The position numbers and the translations under genes are program-made. A stretch of 64,000 nt of DNA, taken from assembly GCF_009914755.1 (NCBI RefSeq), contig NC_060934.1, one strand, 5' to 3'. Under the pieces are notes generated by a model. The model saw only the letters and a program-made list of their open reading frames with translations, was not told the DNA's origin and made no database searches. The first letter of the stretch is position 1; every line of letters starts with the position of its first letter. The DNA is from the human T2T-CHM13v2.0 reference genome, Homo sapiens. Positions 1 through 14,615 of the stretch are shown one piece after another.

Positions 1-790
1 TTAGAACATGGTGTGGGAGTTCTCAGATGTGATGCTGAGTACAATTCATAAAAGAGAAAATGCAGACATCAGACCTCATCAGAATTAAAAGCTGTTCTGT
101 TCTGCAGAAGACTCTGTTAAGAGGGTATGAGAAGCTCAAGATTAAGATAAAGTATTTGCAAACCACATGTCTGGCAAAGGACTTATGTCTAAAAAAATAT
201 AAAGAACTCTCAAAACTTAGTAACAAAGTCGGCAATACCATTAGAAACGGGCAAAAGACAAGAAAAGATGTTTCACTGAAGATGATATACAGTTGGCAAA
301 TAGGCATATGAAAAGATGTTCAATGTCATTAGCCATTAAGGAGATGCAAATTAAAACTACAGTGAGATGTTACCATATACCTGGCAGAATGGCTTGATTG
401 AAAAGTGGTGACCACACCAAATGCTGGTGAAGATGTAGGGAAACTGGATCATTCATACGTTGCTGGTGGGAAAGTAAAATGTTACAGCCACTCTGGAAAA
501 CAGTTTGGCAGTTTCTTATAAAACTAAACATGCAACTACCACATGACCCAGAGGTCACATTTTTGGGCATTAATCCTGGAGGAATGGAAATTTATGTTTG
601 CATAAAAAACTGTACATGGATGTTTATAGCAGCTTTATTTATAATAGCTCCACACTGGAATTAGTCCAGACCAGGTGTTCATCAGTGGTGAATGGTTAAA
701 CACACCATGGTCATACACACTGCTCAACAATAAGAGGAAATGAACTATCTGTATACACAACTTAGATAAATCTCCTGGGAATCATGCTGA

Positions 791-1429
<639 letters not shown>

Positions 1430-1665
1430 TTTTATTCCTTTTATATGACATTTTTGAAATGACTAAACTATGGAAATGGAGAACAGATTAGTGGTTGTCA
1501 TGGGTTAGAGATTGGGGGCTGGGGATGGGAGGGAGGGGGGTGTGCTTATGAAAGGGACAACATGGGGACCTTGTGGTGACCGGATGTTCTGTGTTCTTCA
1601 CAGTGATGGTGGAGGTACAAGCCTCCACCTGTGATAAAATTACACAGATTTAAACACATGCACTT

Positions 1666-1745
1666 ACACACACACACACGCAAACCCACACACACATACA
1701 CACACGGACACACACACACACACGGACACACACACACACACGGAC
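1666..1745. repeat. Interrupted (CA)n microsatellite
   Basis: CA runs broken by cgga/cgca. Confidence 0.9.
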
Positions 1746-1768
1746 AAGGAAACAAGTCAAACAGGAAA

Positions 1769-1935
1769 TCTGAATAAGGTGGGTGGAGGGCACCAGTGTC
1801 TATATTCTGGTCTGAATCAGGTGGGTGGAGGGCACCAGTGTCTATATTCTGGTCTGAATCAGGTGGGTGGGGGCACCAGTGTCTATATTCTGGTCTGAAT
1901 AAGGTGGGTGGAGGGCACCAGTGTCTATATTCTGG
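1769..1935. repeat. 42-bp tandem repeat, 4 copies, inside L1 3'UTR
   Basis: tctgaat(a/c)aggtgggtggagggcaccagtgtctatattctgg starting at 1769, 1811, 1853, 1894. Confidence 0.95.
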
Positions 1936-2749
1936 TTGTGATGGTGTGCTCTAGTTTTGCTAGTTGTTATCATGGAGGGAAGCCGGGTATGAGGTATGTG
2001 GGCACTTCTGTAATGCCTCTTACAATGGCATGTGCGTCCATAAACTTAAAAGTCTAATTAAAAATTGTTAAATGCTTACAGGGTTATATGAGTTTTATGT
2101 TTGCACAAATCTCATAATCAAAATCTTAAATCATGATCATGAACTGCAGTGGTGCTCCTGGTGCTGTTTTAGCTGATGAAATTACATTAACTTGCCTTCC
2201 GTAGGACAAAACGCTCATCACTCAAAAGTGTACCTAACAGCCTGCAAACAACATAAACTGAAACCTTTAGTATGCAGATGGAAATTCTCATTCTCAATAA
2301 GAAGACTCCGTAAAGAGAATATGGTAAAATATTAGCCTATAGATTTGGGCCCAACCCACATGGATGCTGCAGACGTGAATGCAGGACAAAGGTTATTGCT
2401 CTCTCTGGTACACACATGAAGCCTGTCTTTCCATGAGAAGCAGTCTCTGTGAGCTCTAGGCCTTGCAAGAAGCATCATTCAGCTTCTATATTCTGCTGAT
2501 ATGTTTGCTTAAATGAAGATGCATTAGATATGAATCCTGCTGGGCTGGTCTGCACCATACTTATTAAGACAGTCACTTTGAATACCTGATTTTAGGAATC
2601 CTGCTAAAGATTAGATACAATCTTTCTCTTCCTTATCTAACTGCTTTTTTCTATAACTGCTATTTTTGCTTTTCCTCTTCTCTTTCCCTCCTCTCTCCTT
2701 TTTCCTCCCCTGTCTTACTCCTCTCTCCTCCCCTCATCTCCTTTCCTTG

Positions 2750-4825
<2,076 letters not shown>

Positions 4826-4869
4826 CCCCGCCACACTTCAGATTAGGTCAGGCACCCACTTCTGCTTTA

Positions 4870-5061
4870 GTTCCTGTTCTTTTCCTTCATGCCATGCATC
4901 ACAGTTCATTATAATATATTAATATGATTATCTTATTAAGCCACTCTCCCAGAATCCTATAAATTCCATGACTATGTTACTTATTTTATGTCTCCAGCAT
5001 AAAGCCTGACACCTCATGGAAAATGCAGAGATAGTAACTGAATGAATGAATGAATGAATGA
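4870..5061 (+). mobile_element. L2 3' end remnant
   Basis: tgtctccagcat..gcctgacac.. ending in (TGAA)n tail. Confidence 0.55.
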
Positions 5062-6309
5062 TATCTTTGAATGATAGAAACATAGCTCTCAGGGTGTCTT
5101 ATTTAACTTGTGATATATTGAGAAATTGCCCTAGAATATCAAGATGGAATTTGTTTGGCTTGGCAATGTCTTCATCATTGACAAATATTAGCTCATGAGG
5201 TCAGTCAAGGGCTGGCTGGCTAGAGGAAAAAGTAAATATAGGTATGAAGGAAGCTCAGGCCCCTAATTCTCTGAAGTTTTACACAATAGAGTTTGTCTTC
5301 CATTTCATGAAGTCTCAGCCCGTGACTGTGACCTTTACCTTTTTACTTTTGCTAGAAATATTTTTTCATGAGGGTATTTTAATCTAGGATGCACGTTCAC
5401 TTATCTAAGTGAAAAGTCCCAAGTCGAAAAGTTCCAAATCTCTTTAATGGAGGTTGCAATTATGACTTATTTCCTTTGTCTGGGAACATAACCTTGCTGT
5501 CTGGCTGTGGTACAGATTGCCATTCAATATACTTATATGAGTATGCTTAATATGAATATGCTTATTCAAAGCTTATTCAAAGAATCAATGCAAAGGTCCC
5601 CAGGGCTCCACTTTCTCTTTTGCTTTGCATTGTTATTGATTATTGTCCTTGGGGAGATGGTCACCTTGGGCAGGGAAGGCCCAGGCATCCCCCAAGGGCA
5701 AGGGTGGTTCTGCTCAGCTGGAAGCCAGAATCTCGCACAGCCATAGCCTCTTCCTAAATATCTCCTGAACAATGAATACGTGGTTCAATGGATCCTCAGT
5801 TTTAAAGGAGATCCCAGGTGAAGATGAACCTGGCTGATATACATCCTTAAAAAGAAAAAACTAACAAGCCAAAAAAATCTCCCATTTTCTAAAAAAATCC
5901 TGGTCTGGAAAGAATTCAAGCCATGTCAACTCCGATGTAAGCTTTGGGAATGGAATTATCATAATCAAAGAGAAAATGAAGTGAAGAGAGTAGGAAGAGG
6001 AGTCATGCAAGGAAAGGCGAAGCTTGAGAAAGAACACGGTGGGATAGCCAGGACCACAGCATTCTCCGAATTGTGGCAGCTGGTGTGAAATGAGGGCTGG
6101 GGTCTCTCGTGTGTGCCCAGGACATCTTGCATGCATGGAAGTGCTGCACTGGGCAATGTCATTCTCACTGCCCCACAAGCCTGCAGGGAGGACGTATGGT
6201 TTGCTCTGTGACTGATTTTAAAGTGATCTCAGGGAAGAATAGGAAAAGGCAGAGAGTATTGTCACCAGGGAAGTGGATTAAAACGTGTGGATAAGCTGCT
6301 GGGTCGAAG

Positions 6310-6490
6310 TCTCCTGCAACCCTCATCACCTCCTTACAAAAGGAATCAGTCCGGCTTCCCAGATGCGGACGTTCAGGTGGTGAGGTTGTCGGTGTTGAGG
6401 TTGTTGTTTGGCCAAGATCACATCCATAGATGACTGAGGGGTGGAGCAGGGATTCGACCCACTTTGTCCAACCCTGAGCCTGAGTGTCTC
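6310..6490 (-). mobile_element. MIR remnant
   Basis: cccagatgcggac..ccaagatcac..ggagcagggattcgaccc resembles reverse MIR core. Confidence 0.45.
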
Positions 6491-6946
6491 TCCCAGGCCC
6501 ACCTCCCACCAACCCTGAGTTGGGATGAGGACTGCTGCCCTGCCCCACTGACAGGAAATTGTGGGGAGAACAATACAGGAAGTTGGAAATGCAGCGCGGA
6601 GATAATTTAAAGGATCAGTAGCAAGAAGTTCCATTTATGTGTATAGAATGTCTAAAAAATTTAAATGATTCCTTCAGAAATGTAATAATTTTATAAATAT
6701 AGGTCTAAAATGAATCAAAGTTTCCGCTAAGATACACCTCGGTGGACCCTATATGGTGGCATTACCATTATGCTGTTGACTGTAAATGTAACTGAATGTG
6801 CAATTATGGTATCATTTGACAAGTTGGTGCATATTGAACACATACTATAGAACACGGAGGCTATTTTAATATTTAGGTGCTGATTTTTTTGTAATCAGAA
6901 AGAAAACAACTATATTTTCAAGTATACGTTAAAAAAGGGTTTGAGT

Positions 6947-7070
6947 TTCAGGTGAAGCTATTAGATTCCGAGAAGGCTGATAACGAGAGATTTAAAATAA
7001 CACGAAGATTCAGGTGAAGCTATTAGATTCCGAGAAGGCTGATAACGAGAGATTTAAAATAACACGAAGA
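6947..7070. repeat. Perfect 62-bp tandem duplication
   Basis: ttcaggtgaagcta...aacacgaaga at 6947 and 7009, identical by eye. Confidence 0.95.
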
Positions 7071-7240
7071 GGTGATGTACACAGAGGCCGGTATGAGAAA
7101 TTCCACATTAACTGTAATTTGAAAATGTTTTGCCTCTCACCGCTTTCTGCGTTTTAAATGGAGGTGTCTGGCCCTCACTCTCCAAGGCCTGCTGTCTTTG
7201 TGTCAGGTTTCAGCTCCCGCTGGGGCCTCAGATGTGTGGG

Positions 7241-7844
7241 TGTGGCAGGCCAGGTCTCACTAACGCAGGCCTCCGTAGCAACTGTTTCAGTATTGACTGG
7301 GTGGTGAAGTTGAACATCAGAAGCCAGTGCCCTTATACAACGGCTGGAATAGGACAAAAGCCCACCAAGAGTTTTGCCCGGGCCTTTCCTGGGCCTTGAA
7401 GCATGACAAAACAACGAAGGCATTCTTAACAGGACCCATTTAGAATTAAACAAGTTTTACTGGGGGTCTGAAGAAACCCCCCAAACCTCCATGATTTAGC
7501 AGGAGACAAGATAAGGGTAATCACCCCGGCACCTGGACCATTTAGATGACGTAAACTCACTGAGGCTCCAGAGGAAGGTCTTCAGGACTCGACCTTAGTT
7601 ATAGACTAGAAGAAGTTCATCACTTATGTCTTTAGGGGAATGAACACTTACACGTAGACATAGAGCTTAGAAGGTACAGAAGCTCTGGAAAACTTTGTCA
7701 TTCTGAGTTGGTCTGGCGATAGTTTCTGCTCCTTCTCCCTGTAACCAGTTACAGAAATAAAAACTCCTTCCTCCTCAGTTCATCTGCATCTCGTTATTGG
7801 GCAGAGAGAAATAGCAGCCCAACCCTCAGTTTGGTCCGGGAACA
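7241..7844 (+). mobile_element. Solo ERV1 LTR (PABL_A-like)
   Basis: TG...CA termini (tgtggcaggccaggtctcactaacgcagg ... ttggtccgggaaca), AATAAA near 7756, flanks tggg/aggg as a decayed 4-bp TSD. Confidence 0.75.
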
Positions 7845-8243
7845 AGGGCACTTGGGCTCACAGCTTCGTTGGGGGAAGATTCAGATCCTCAAAAAATTGA
7901 AGCACAGCACGGACCTGGGTCCCCTGGGAGGCCGTGGAGCACGAGGGAGGGCACAGAACCCACCCTGGCCCGAGGCCGGCTGTGCCTCCAATGAGAGGTG
8001 TCCCCGAGCTGTGGATGCCCAGGTTACGGGGAAGGTGGCGCTGGCTGGGGGGCTGGGAGCAGATGAACGGCAGGAGCTCAGACAGGTGTTGGTGAGACAA
8101 GAGCGGGGCTCAGGCCTGCTTCCAAGCCGATGCTTTTGCATAAAATGAACTCAAGGGAGGGTGTGAAGCTTTCCTCCCCTCAGTGTTACTCCTGGTGGAG
8201 AAAGCTTGTTAAAGATGTTCTAATCTCTGCTGTGGTAAAAGAC

Positions 8244-8409
8244 AGGACCATTAACTCAGGGGGCCTGTGTTCCTTCCGCTTGAGGGCAGAGCCTTTGCTG
8301 CCCCGGGCTGAGCCTCCTTCTGCGCAAGGACCATTAACGAGGGGGCCTGTGTTCCTTCTGTCTGAGGGCGGAGCCTTCACAGCCCTGGACTGAGCCTGCC
8401 TCTGCACCA
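8244..8409. repeat. Diverged 83-bp tandem duplication
   Basis: aggaccattaac..gggggcctgtgttcctt.. at 8244 and 8327. Confidence 0.85.
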
Positions 8410-10057
8410 TCCTGCAGTGTCCTCTCATCCAAACTGTGGCTGCCCTGCCAGGCCCCTCTCTCTCTTTCCACTTCCTGGGCGAGACTTCAGGGTTCACAGC
8501 ATCGTTCCAAAACCTGCACGGGAGAATTTAAACTCAGGCCTGCCTGCGTCCAGCTCGGGTCCTGTCTTGTCCCTGGCTGCCACCTGCCTCCCTGCTGGCC
8601 ACCCCAGCAGGCAACGTGAGGCTGGAAGGATGTGGCCTCCGGGAAGGTTTTAGTCCACATGTCACTCATAATACGACATTCAGCAAAATGAGTAAAAACG
8701 TTTCGAAGGGAAAATGATTTTATAGAAAGGGATGGGTAACCTTTATGATAAAATTGCTTTGCTAGAGCGTGTTGCTTGTGACAGCACCACCTTTCTGTTC
8801 CTGACAATGTTTGTCTTATTAACTAAACAAACGTTAGCTGAGTTGAATGAAATTATGTACGAACCAGAGAAGTCGGGAGGATGTTTGAGGCTCGAGCCCC
8901 CGTCATCACCTTTTGTAATATAACTTCATTTTGTAATGGAAGTGGCTCTTGCGAGGCTGTGTGTGTGTGTACGTGATATGTGTTTGCATGTGCGTGTGTG
9001 CATGCTTGTGTGTGGGTGTACAATGAACACCTCTATTCAAATAGAGCAGCTCTTCAGAAGCCACTTGGATTGATCTGTTAATTTTCCAGAATTTTACAAT
9101 ATGGAGAATCATCACAAGGGAAACCTATACTACCCTAGCAGCTACTTTTTAAAAATTCTTTTTGTAATTAGCCTAGGTCTCTTTTTGTTTTAAAGAAAGT
9201 CTTCACTGATTTTTAACGATCACACTTACTTCTCGTGAGCAAAAGCCGATAATGTCTGCAGTTTGAAAGGTAATTATGCCTGGCTTCTCATCCAGCAGCT
9301 ACTCTGATATTCCAAAATAATAATGTTACCATTGGAACTGGGTTATTCTTCATACGATACTTTGTAGTATTGTAACCATCTTTATAATAATAAAAAGGCA
9401 TTTATATTATGAACACTTAATTTTTTGTTTTCTAAGATTTCCCACCTCTCAAAGCTTTTAGGAAAGAGAACATTAAAAGATGTTAATGCACACAGATACA
9501 TCTCAATTTCCCTCGGGGAGAAGCTACCTTAACTGCCATTTCAAGTTTTACATTTTTGCTTTAAACGAGTGATTTCATTTAAATAAAAAAGTCTTATTTT
9601 CTGTGATGAAAATTCAGCTGCTCCTTGTAACCCTGAAGCATCTTGATTTATTATTGACTATATCCTCTTTCAAGGAGAATATTCTTCTCAAAGACGTTAT
9701 GCAGGAATTCTTATATTGCTTACTGTTTGGCATTTTCTATTAATCTCACCACATCTGTTTTCATGCTATTTGGATAAAAAAATCAGAAAAGTATAGTAGT
9801 TACATGTTTTGATAAATACAATTGCAAGAATCAACACATTCTGTTCACCTGAAGGAGCCTGTCTAATGTATGCTGTTAGTTGCATTAAGGAACTCTTAGA
9901 AATTTAAAAAGCATTTTTAACAGGGCAAAGGTTTTCTTCAGTTCTTTTGTAAAAAAATGTACAAACTTCACTAAAATAAATTTTAGAAATTACTTTGTAA
10001 AAGACGTAAATGGGAAAAAACATTTTATATGAATTTGTCTTCCAAAAATAATTTGGT

Positions 10058-10175
10058 ATACATATATATATATATACACACACACACATATATATACACA
10101 CACACATATATACACACACACATGCACATATATATATATAGCTAACTTTCCATATGTGTGTGTATGTATATATGT
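10058..10175. repeat. Compound (TA)/(CA)/(TG) microsatellite
   Basis: direct reading. Confidence 0.9.
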
Positions 10176-10989
10176 GGATGAACGTAAAGTTAGTTGTAGC
10201 TTATTATGTCGTTTCTATGTATAGTTGCAATTCATACATATTTATAGTACATATCCATAGAGTCACAGGACACACATGCTTATGGTACAAAGACTAAGAA
10301 GCGACTCCAGCCAGGACGCTTACAGCAGACACGCAGCCACGGGTTTATTAGGAGCCCGAGTCAGGTCTCTTATTTGCACAGCAGTTGTGTGCCTGGCTGT
10401 GCGCTGATCTAAAAGGCATCTCCTGCCCTAAGAGAGTTGAGTGACTCACCTGAGCCGATTGGGAAATTATTAAGGCAAGAAATATGGGAAGAAGGGAGGG
10501 ATCCAAGTGCATCTGAGCCCTGATGAGGATCCTGGCCTTGGAAGAGCGTCCTGGGCAGGAGTGGGGTTTGGACAGCGATAGCGGGTCCTGTGGGGAAGGA
10601 AGCCAGCATTTCAGGCTGGAGCGAAGCTTCTTTGGAGGTGAAAAGTGACACGGAATGTGCAGGAAACAGTAAAACTTAAAATGGGCAGAGGATATGGGAC
10701 GTGTAGGGCAGATGGAATAAACAGGAGCAGAATAACTCCAGTTAAGCTGAGCAGATCTGCTATCTTTAATCTTCAACGCGAGGCTCCCCACCTGGGGTCT
10801 CACTTCTTAGGAACATTATGCCAGCTGGCATGACCCCGTTTACTCATGAGAACCGCTTCGTCCCCTTCCCTTCCTGCCACCTCTCACTCCCTCCTCTCCT
10901 TTGGGCAGAGTGGCTGAAGCAGGGTGGGCAGACAAAGGCCCTGAAGAACACTAGCTCTGGCCTTGGGAGTGAGACGCACCTTCCTTCCC

Positions 10990-12990
10990 CTCAGTGGACA
11001 GAGCAGGTCCTTCACTATGGGGCTCCTGAGTCTCTCCCAGGATGGAGGCAGGCCCTTCACGACAGGGCTCCTGAGTCTCCTCAGTGGACGGAGGCAGGTT
11101 CTTCACTATGGGGCTCCTGAGTCTCCCCCAAGACAGAGGCAGGTCCTTCATCATGGGGCTCCTGAGTCTCCTTAGCAGATGGAGGCAGGCCCTTCATGAT
11201 GGGGCTCCTGAGTCTCCTCAGCAGATGGAAGGAGGTCCTTCATCATGGGGCTCCTGAGTCTCCTCAGCAGATGGAGGCAGGCCCTTCACTATGGGGCTCC
11301 TGAGTCTCCTCGGTGGACAGAAGCAGGTTCTTCACTATGGGGCTCCTGAGTCTCCCCAGGACAGAGGCAGGTCCTTCATGATGGGGCTCCTGAGTCTCCT
11401 CAGCAGATGGAGGCAGGCCCTTCATGATGGGGCTCCTGAGTCTCCTCAGCAGATGGAGGCAGGCCCTTCACTATGGGGCTCCTGAGTCTCCCCCAAAACA
11501 GAGGCAGATCCTTCACTATGGGGCTCCTGAGTCTCCCCCCGGATAGAGGCAGGTACTTCACGATGGGGCTCCTGAGTCTCCTCAGCAGATGGAGGCAGGT
11601 CCTTCACTATGGGGCTCCTGAGTCTCCCCCAAAACAGAGGCAGATCCTTCACTATGGGGCTCCTGAGTCTCCCCCCGGATAGAGGCAGGTACTTCACGAT
11701 GGGGCTCCTGAGTCTCCTCAGCAGATGGAGGCAGGTTCTTCACTATGGGGCTCCTGAGTCTCTCCCAGGATGGAGGCAGGCCCTTCATGATGGGGCTCCT
11801 GAGTCTCCTCAGCAGATGGAGGCAGGTCCTTCACTGTGGGGCTTCTGAGTCTCCCCCAGGATGGAGGCAGGTTCTTCACTATGGGGCTCCTGAGTCTCTG
11901 CCAGGATGGAGGCAGGCCCTTCATGATGGGGCTCCTGAATCTCCTCAGCAGATGGAGGCAGGTCCTTCACTACGGGGCTTCTGAGTCTCTCCCAGGATGG
12001 AGGCAGGCCCTTCACGATGGGGCTCCTGAGTCTCCTCAGCAGATGGAGGCAGGTTCTTCACTATGGGACTCCTGAGTCTCTCCCAGGATGGAGGCAGACT
12101 CTTCATGATGGGGCTCCTGAGTCTCCTCAGCAGATGGAGGCAGGTCCTTCACTACGGGGCTTCTGAGTCTCTCCCAGGATGGAGGCAGGCCCTTCATGAT
12201 GGGGCTCCTGAGTCTCCTCAGCAGGTGGAGGCAGGCCCTTCACTATGGGGCTCCTGAGTCTCCCCCAGGACAGAGGCAGGCTCCTCAGGATGGGGCTCCT
12301 GAGTCTCCTCAGCAGATGGAGGCAGGTCCTTCACTACGGGGCTTCTGAGTCTCTCCCAGGATGGAGGCAGGCCCTTCACAATGGGGCTCCTGAGTCTCCT
12401 CAGCAGATGGAGGCAGGTCCTTCACTATGGGGCTCCTGAGTCTCCTCAGCAGATGGAGGCAGGTCCTTCACTATGGGGCTCCTGAGTCTCCTCAGCAGAT
12501 GGAGGCAGGTCCTTCATCATGGGGCTCCTGAGTGTCCCCCAGGACAGAGGCAGTCTCCTCATGATGGGGCTCCTGAGTCTCCTCAGCAGATGGAGGCAGG
12601 TCCTTCACTGTGGGGCTTCTGAGTCTCCCCTAGGATGGAGGCAGGTCCTTCACTATGGGGCTCCTGAGTCTCCTCAGTGGACGGAGGCAGGTCCTTCACT
12701 ATGGGGCTCCTGAGTCTCCTCGGTGGACAGAAGCAGTTTCTTCACTATGGGGCTCCTGAGTCTCCCCCAGGACTGAGGCAGGTCCTTCATGATGGGGCTC
12801 CTGAGTCTCCTCAGCAGATGGAGGCAGGTTCTTCACTATGGGGCTCCTGAGTCTCCTCAGCAGATGGAGGCAGGCTCCTCATGATGGGGCTCCTGAGTCT
12901 CCCCCAGGACAGAGGCAGGTCCTTCACTATGGGGCTTCTGAGTCTCCCCCAGGATGGAGGCAGGCCCTTCACTATGGGTCTCCTGAGTCT
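10990..12990. repeat. Minisatellite/VNTR, 45- and 46-bp units, about 44 copies
   Basis: units atggggctcctgagtctcctcagcagatggaggcaggtccttcact (46) and atggggctcctgagtctctcccaggatggaggcaggcccttcatg (45). Confidence 0.97.
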
Positions 12991-14249
12991 CCGCTGCACA
13001 TTAGTGCTGACAAGCTGAGCAGCACCTGGGCTCCGAGACAGCCTGGATTCCAAACTGAACATGGCCACTGATGAGCTAGGTGACCGTGGGACAGTCAATC
13101 TGATCCTCATGGTGTGGACCGTGTCTAATATTAAATCTAATATTATATCTCCAGTCCTTAATATTCCACACCTTTGCTACAAACGCCTTTTTTTTTTTTT
13201 CTTACCATCTTTAAAACTGGTAGCATCTGGCTCAGAGATTGCTTTTTGGAGCCAGAGCCCACGATATACCCCCACATTGTGACAAAATTTCAATGTCATG
13301 ATAATGAATGACATCAGCTACACATAATATTTTCAATTTTAATTCTTAGTTTTGCACAACCTAATTTATCTGTAGCCTGTCCTGGGGGCAGGTCTGTACC
13401 GGTTTCCTGAAAAATGTCTAAAGTCTAACATAAATTAAACAAGATTATGAACACTCTGGTCCAAGATAAGCTATGAGCCAAGTGTTAACTGTAAAGTGGT
13501 TCCTAATGTGTTTCCAAAGTCCAACAGAACAAATGCATGAAATGCCAGGAGATGAAACTGTTTTAAGTAATGAAATGGGGTCCTCAAGAGAACATGAGCA
13601 CAGACTTCAGGTGAGTTTTACAGCCATTTTTGTGCCTTAGCCAAGGTGCTCACAGACATGACAACGAAAATTCATGTGTTCAAGCCTCACTCCAGCCTTT
13701 GCTAGACCTAGAGGAATGAATAGCTAGCACTATTCATTCACAACACTGCAGGATATTTTGTGATTACACTTTATGGGTTCACTGGTGGACCAGTTTCTCA
13801 GCTCACTTGGTAGTGTCAGCTGAATCATTTCCCTAAGTAGGACTGTCAGGTAGACCAGATGTCAGCTTTTGCATCTGTGCAGTAGACGACTAGTTTCACT
13901 TGCTGTTGGGTAGTTAATAACATCTGCCTCCTGAATTGCCTTTCATTATGCATTTAGAGAAGAATATCCTAGATTCCTTGGGAAAAAAATAGAAAAAATA
14001 TGTCTAGCAAAATCTTTTACCTGCAACTTATCTAAAAAAAATTGTTTTTTGGAAAAGCAATATTCCTATCTGCTGTTTTTATTGTTTTTGCTTCAGATGC
14101 ACTGTTTTTAACATAAGCTTTCTAACATCTGAAAGAAAGAAGAGTTAGTGTGGTTAATCTTTCAGAATAAAGAGACAACTTCTCAGAGGAAAGAAGATTT
14201 GATGCAGAAAACCCATTGTTTACATATGATTATTTGTTTTGGAAGACAC

Positions 14250-14615
14250 TCAATAATAAATAATAACAGTTAAAGATATTTTCCAAGTCCTTTAGACATA
14301 TTATGTCATTAAACTCACATTCAATCCTTCCTATGAAGTAGGTATTACTCTTCACTTACACAAAATCACACAGGAAGTAAATCAATCATTTTTACTTATT
14401 CTCATGACATATTTGTCTTTTTTTCTGTGACAATCTATTAATGTTGTAAAATCAAAAGAAATTTTAAAATTTGTTGAAATGTTGACGCTTCCCATGCTTA
14501 ATAATGTATAGAATCTCCTTTAATTTTCAAAATTGACATTGATAATAGGATATTCATCTCTGTATTTTACGCAGATGAGGGAATTGAGCTTAGAGAAATT
14601 AAGAAACTTGTGCTA
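14250..14615 (-). mobile_element. MIR fragments
   Basis: cctatgaagtaggtattac; attttacgcagatgagggaattgagcttagagaaattaag. Confidence 0.55.

Noticed and set aside
11200-12870. CTCF-like TCAGCAGATGGAGG in the 46-bp units
   Set aside because: Mismatches at core positions of CCASYAGRKGGCR; unsupported without ChIP data.
10990-12990. CRISPR-like appearance of this and other arrays
   Set aside because: Primate DNA; head-to-tail units with no unique spacers and no cas genes.
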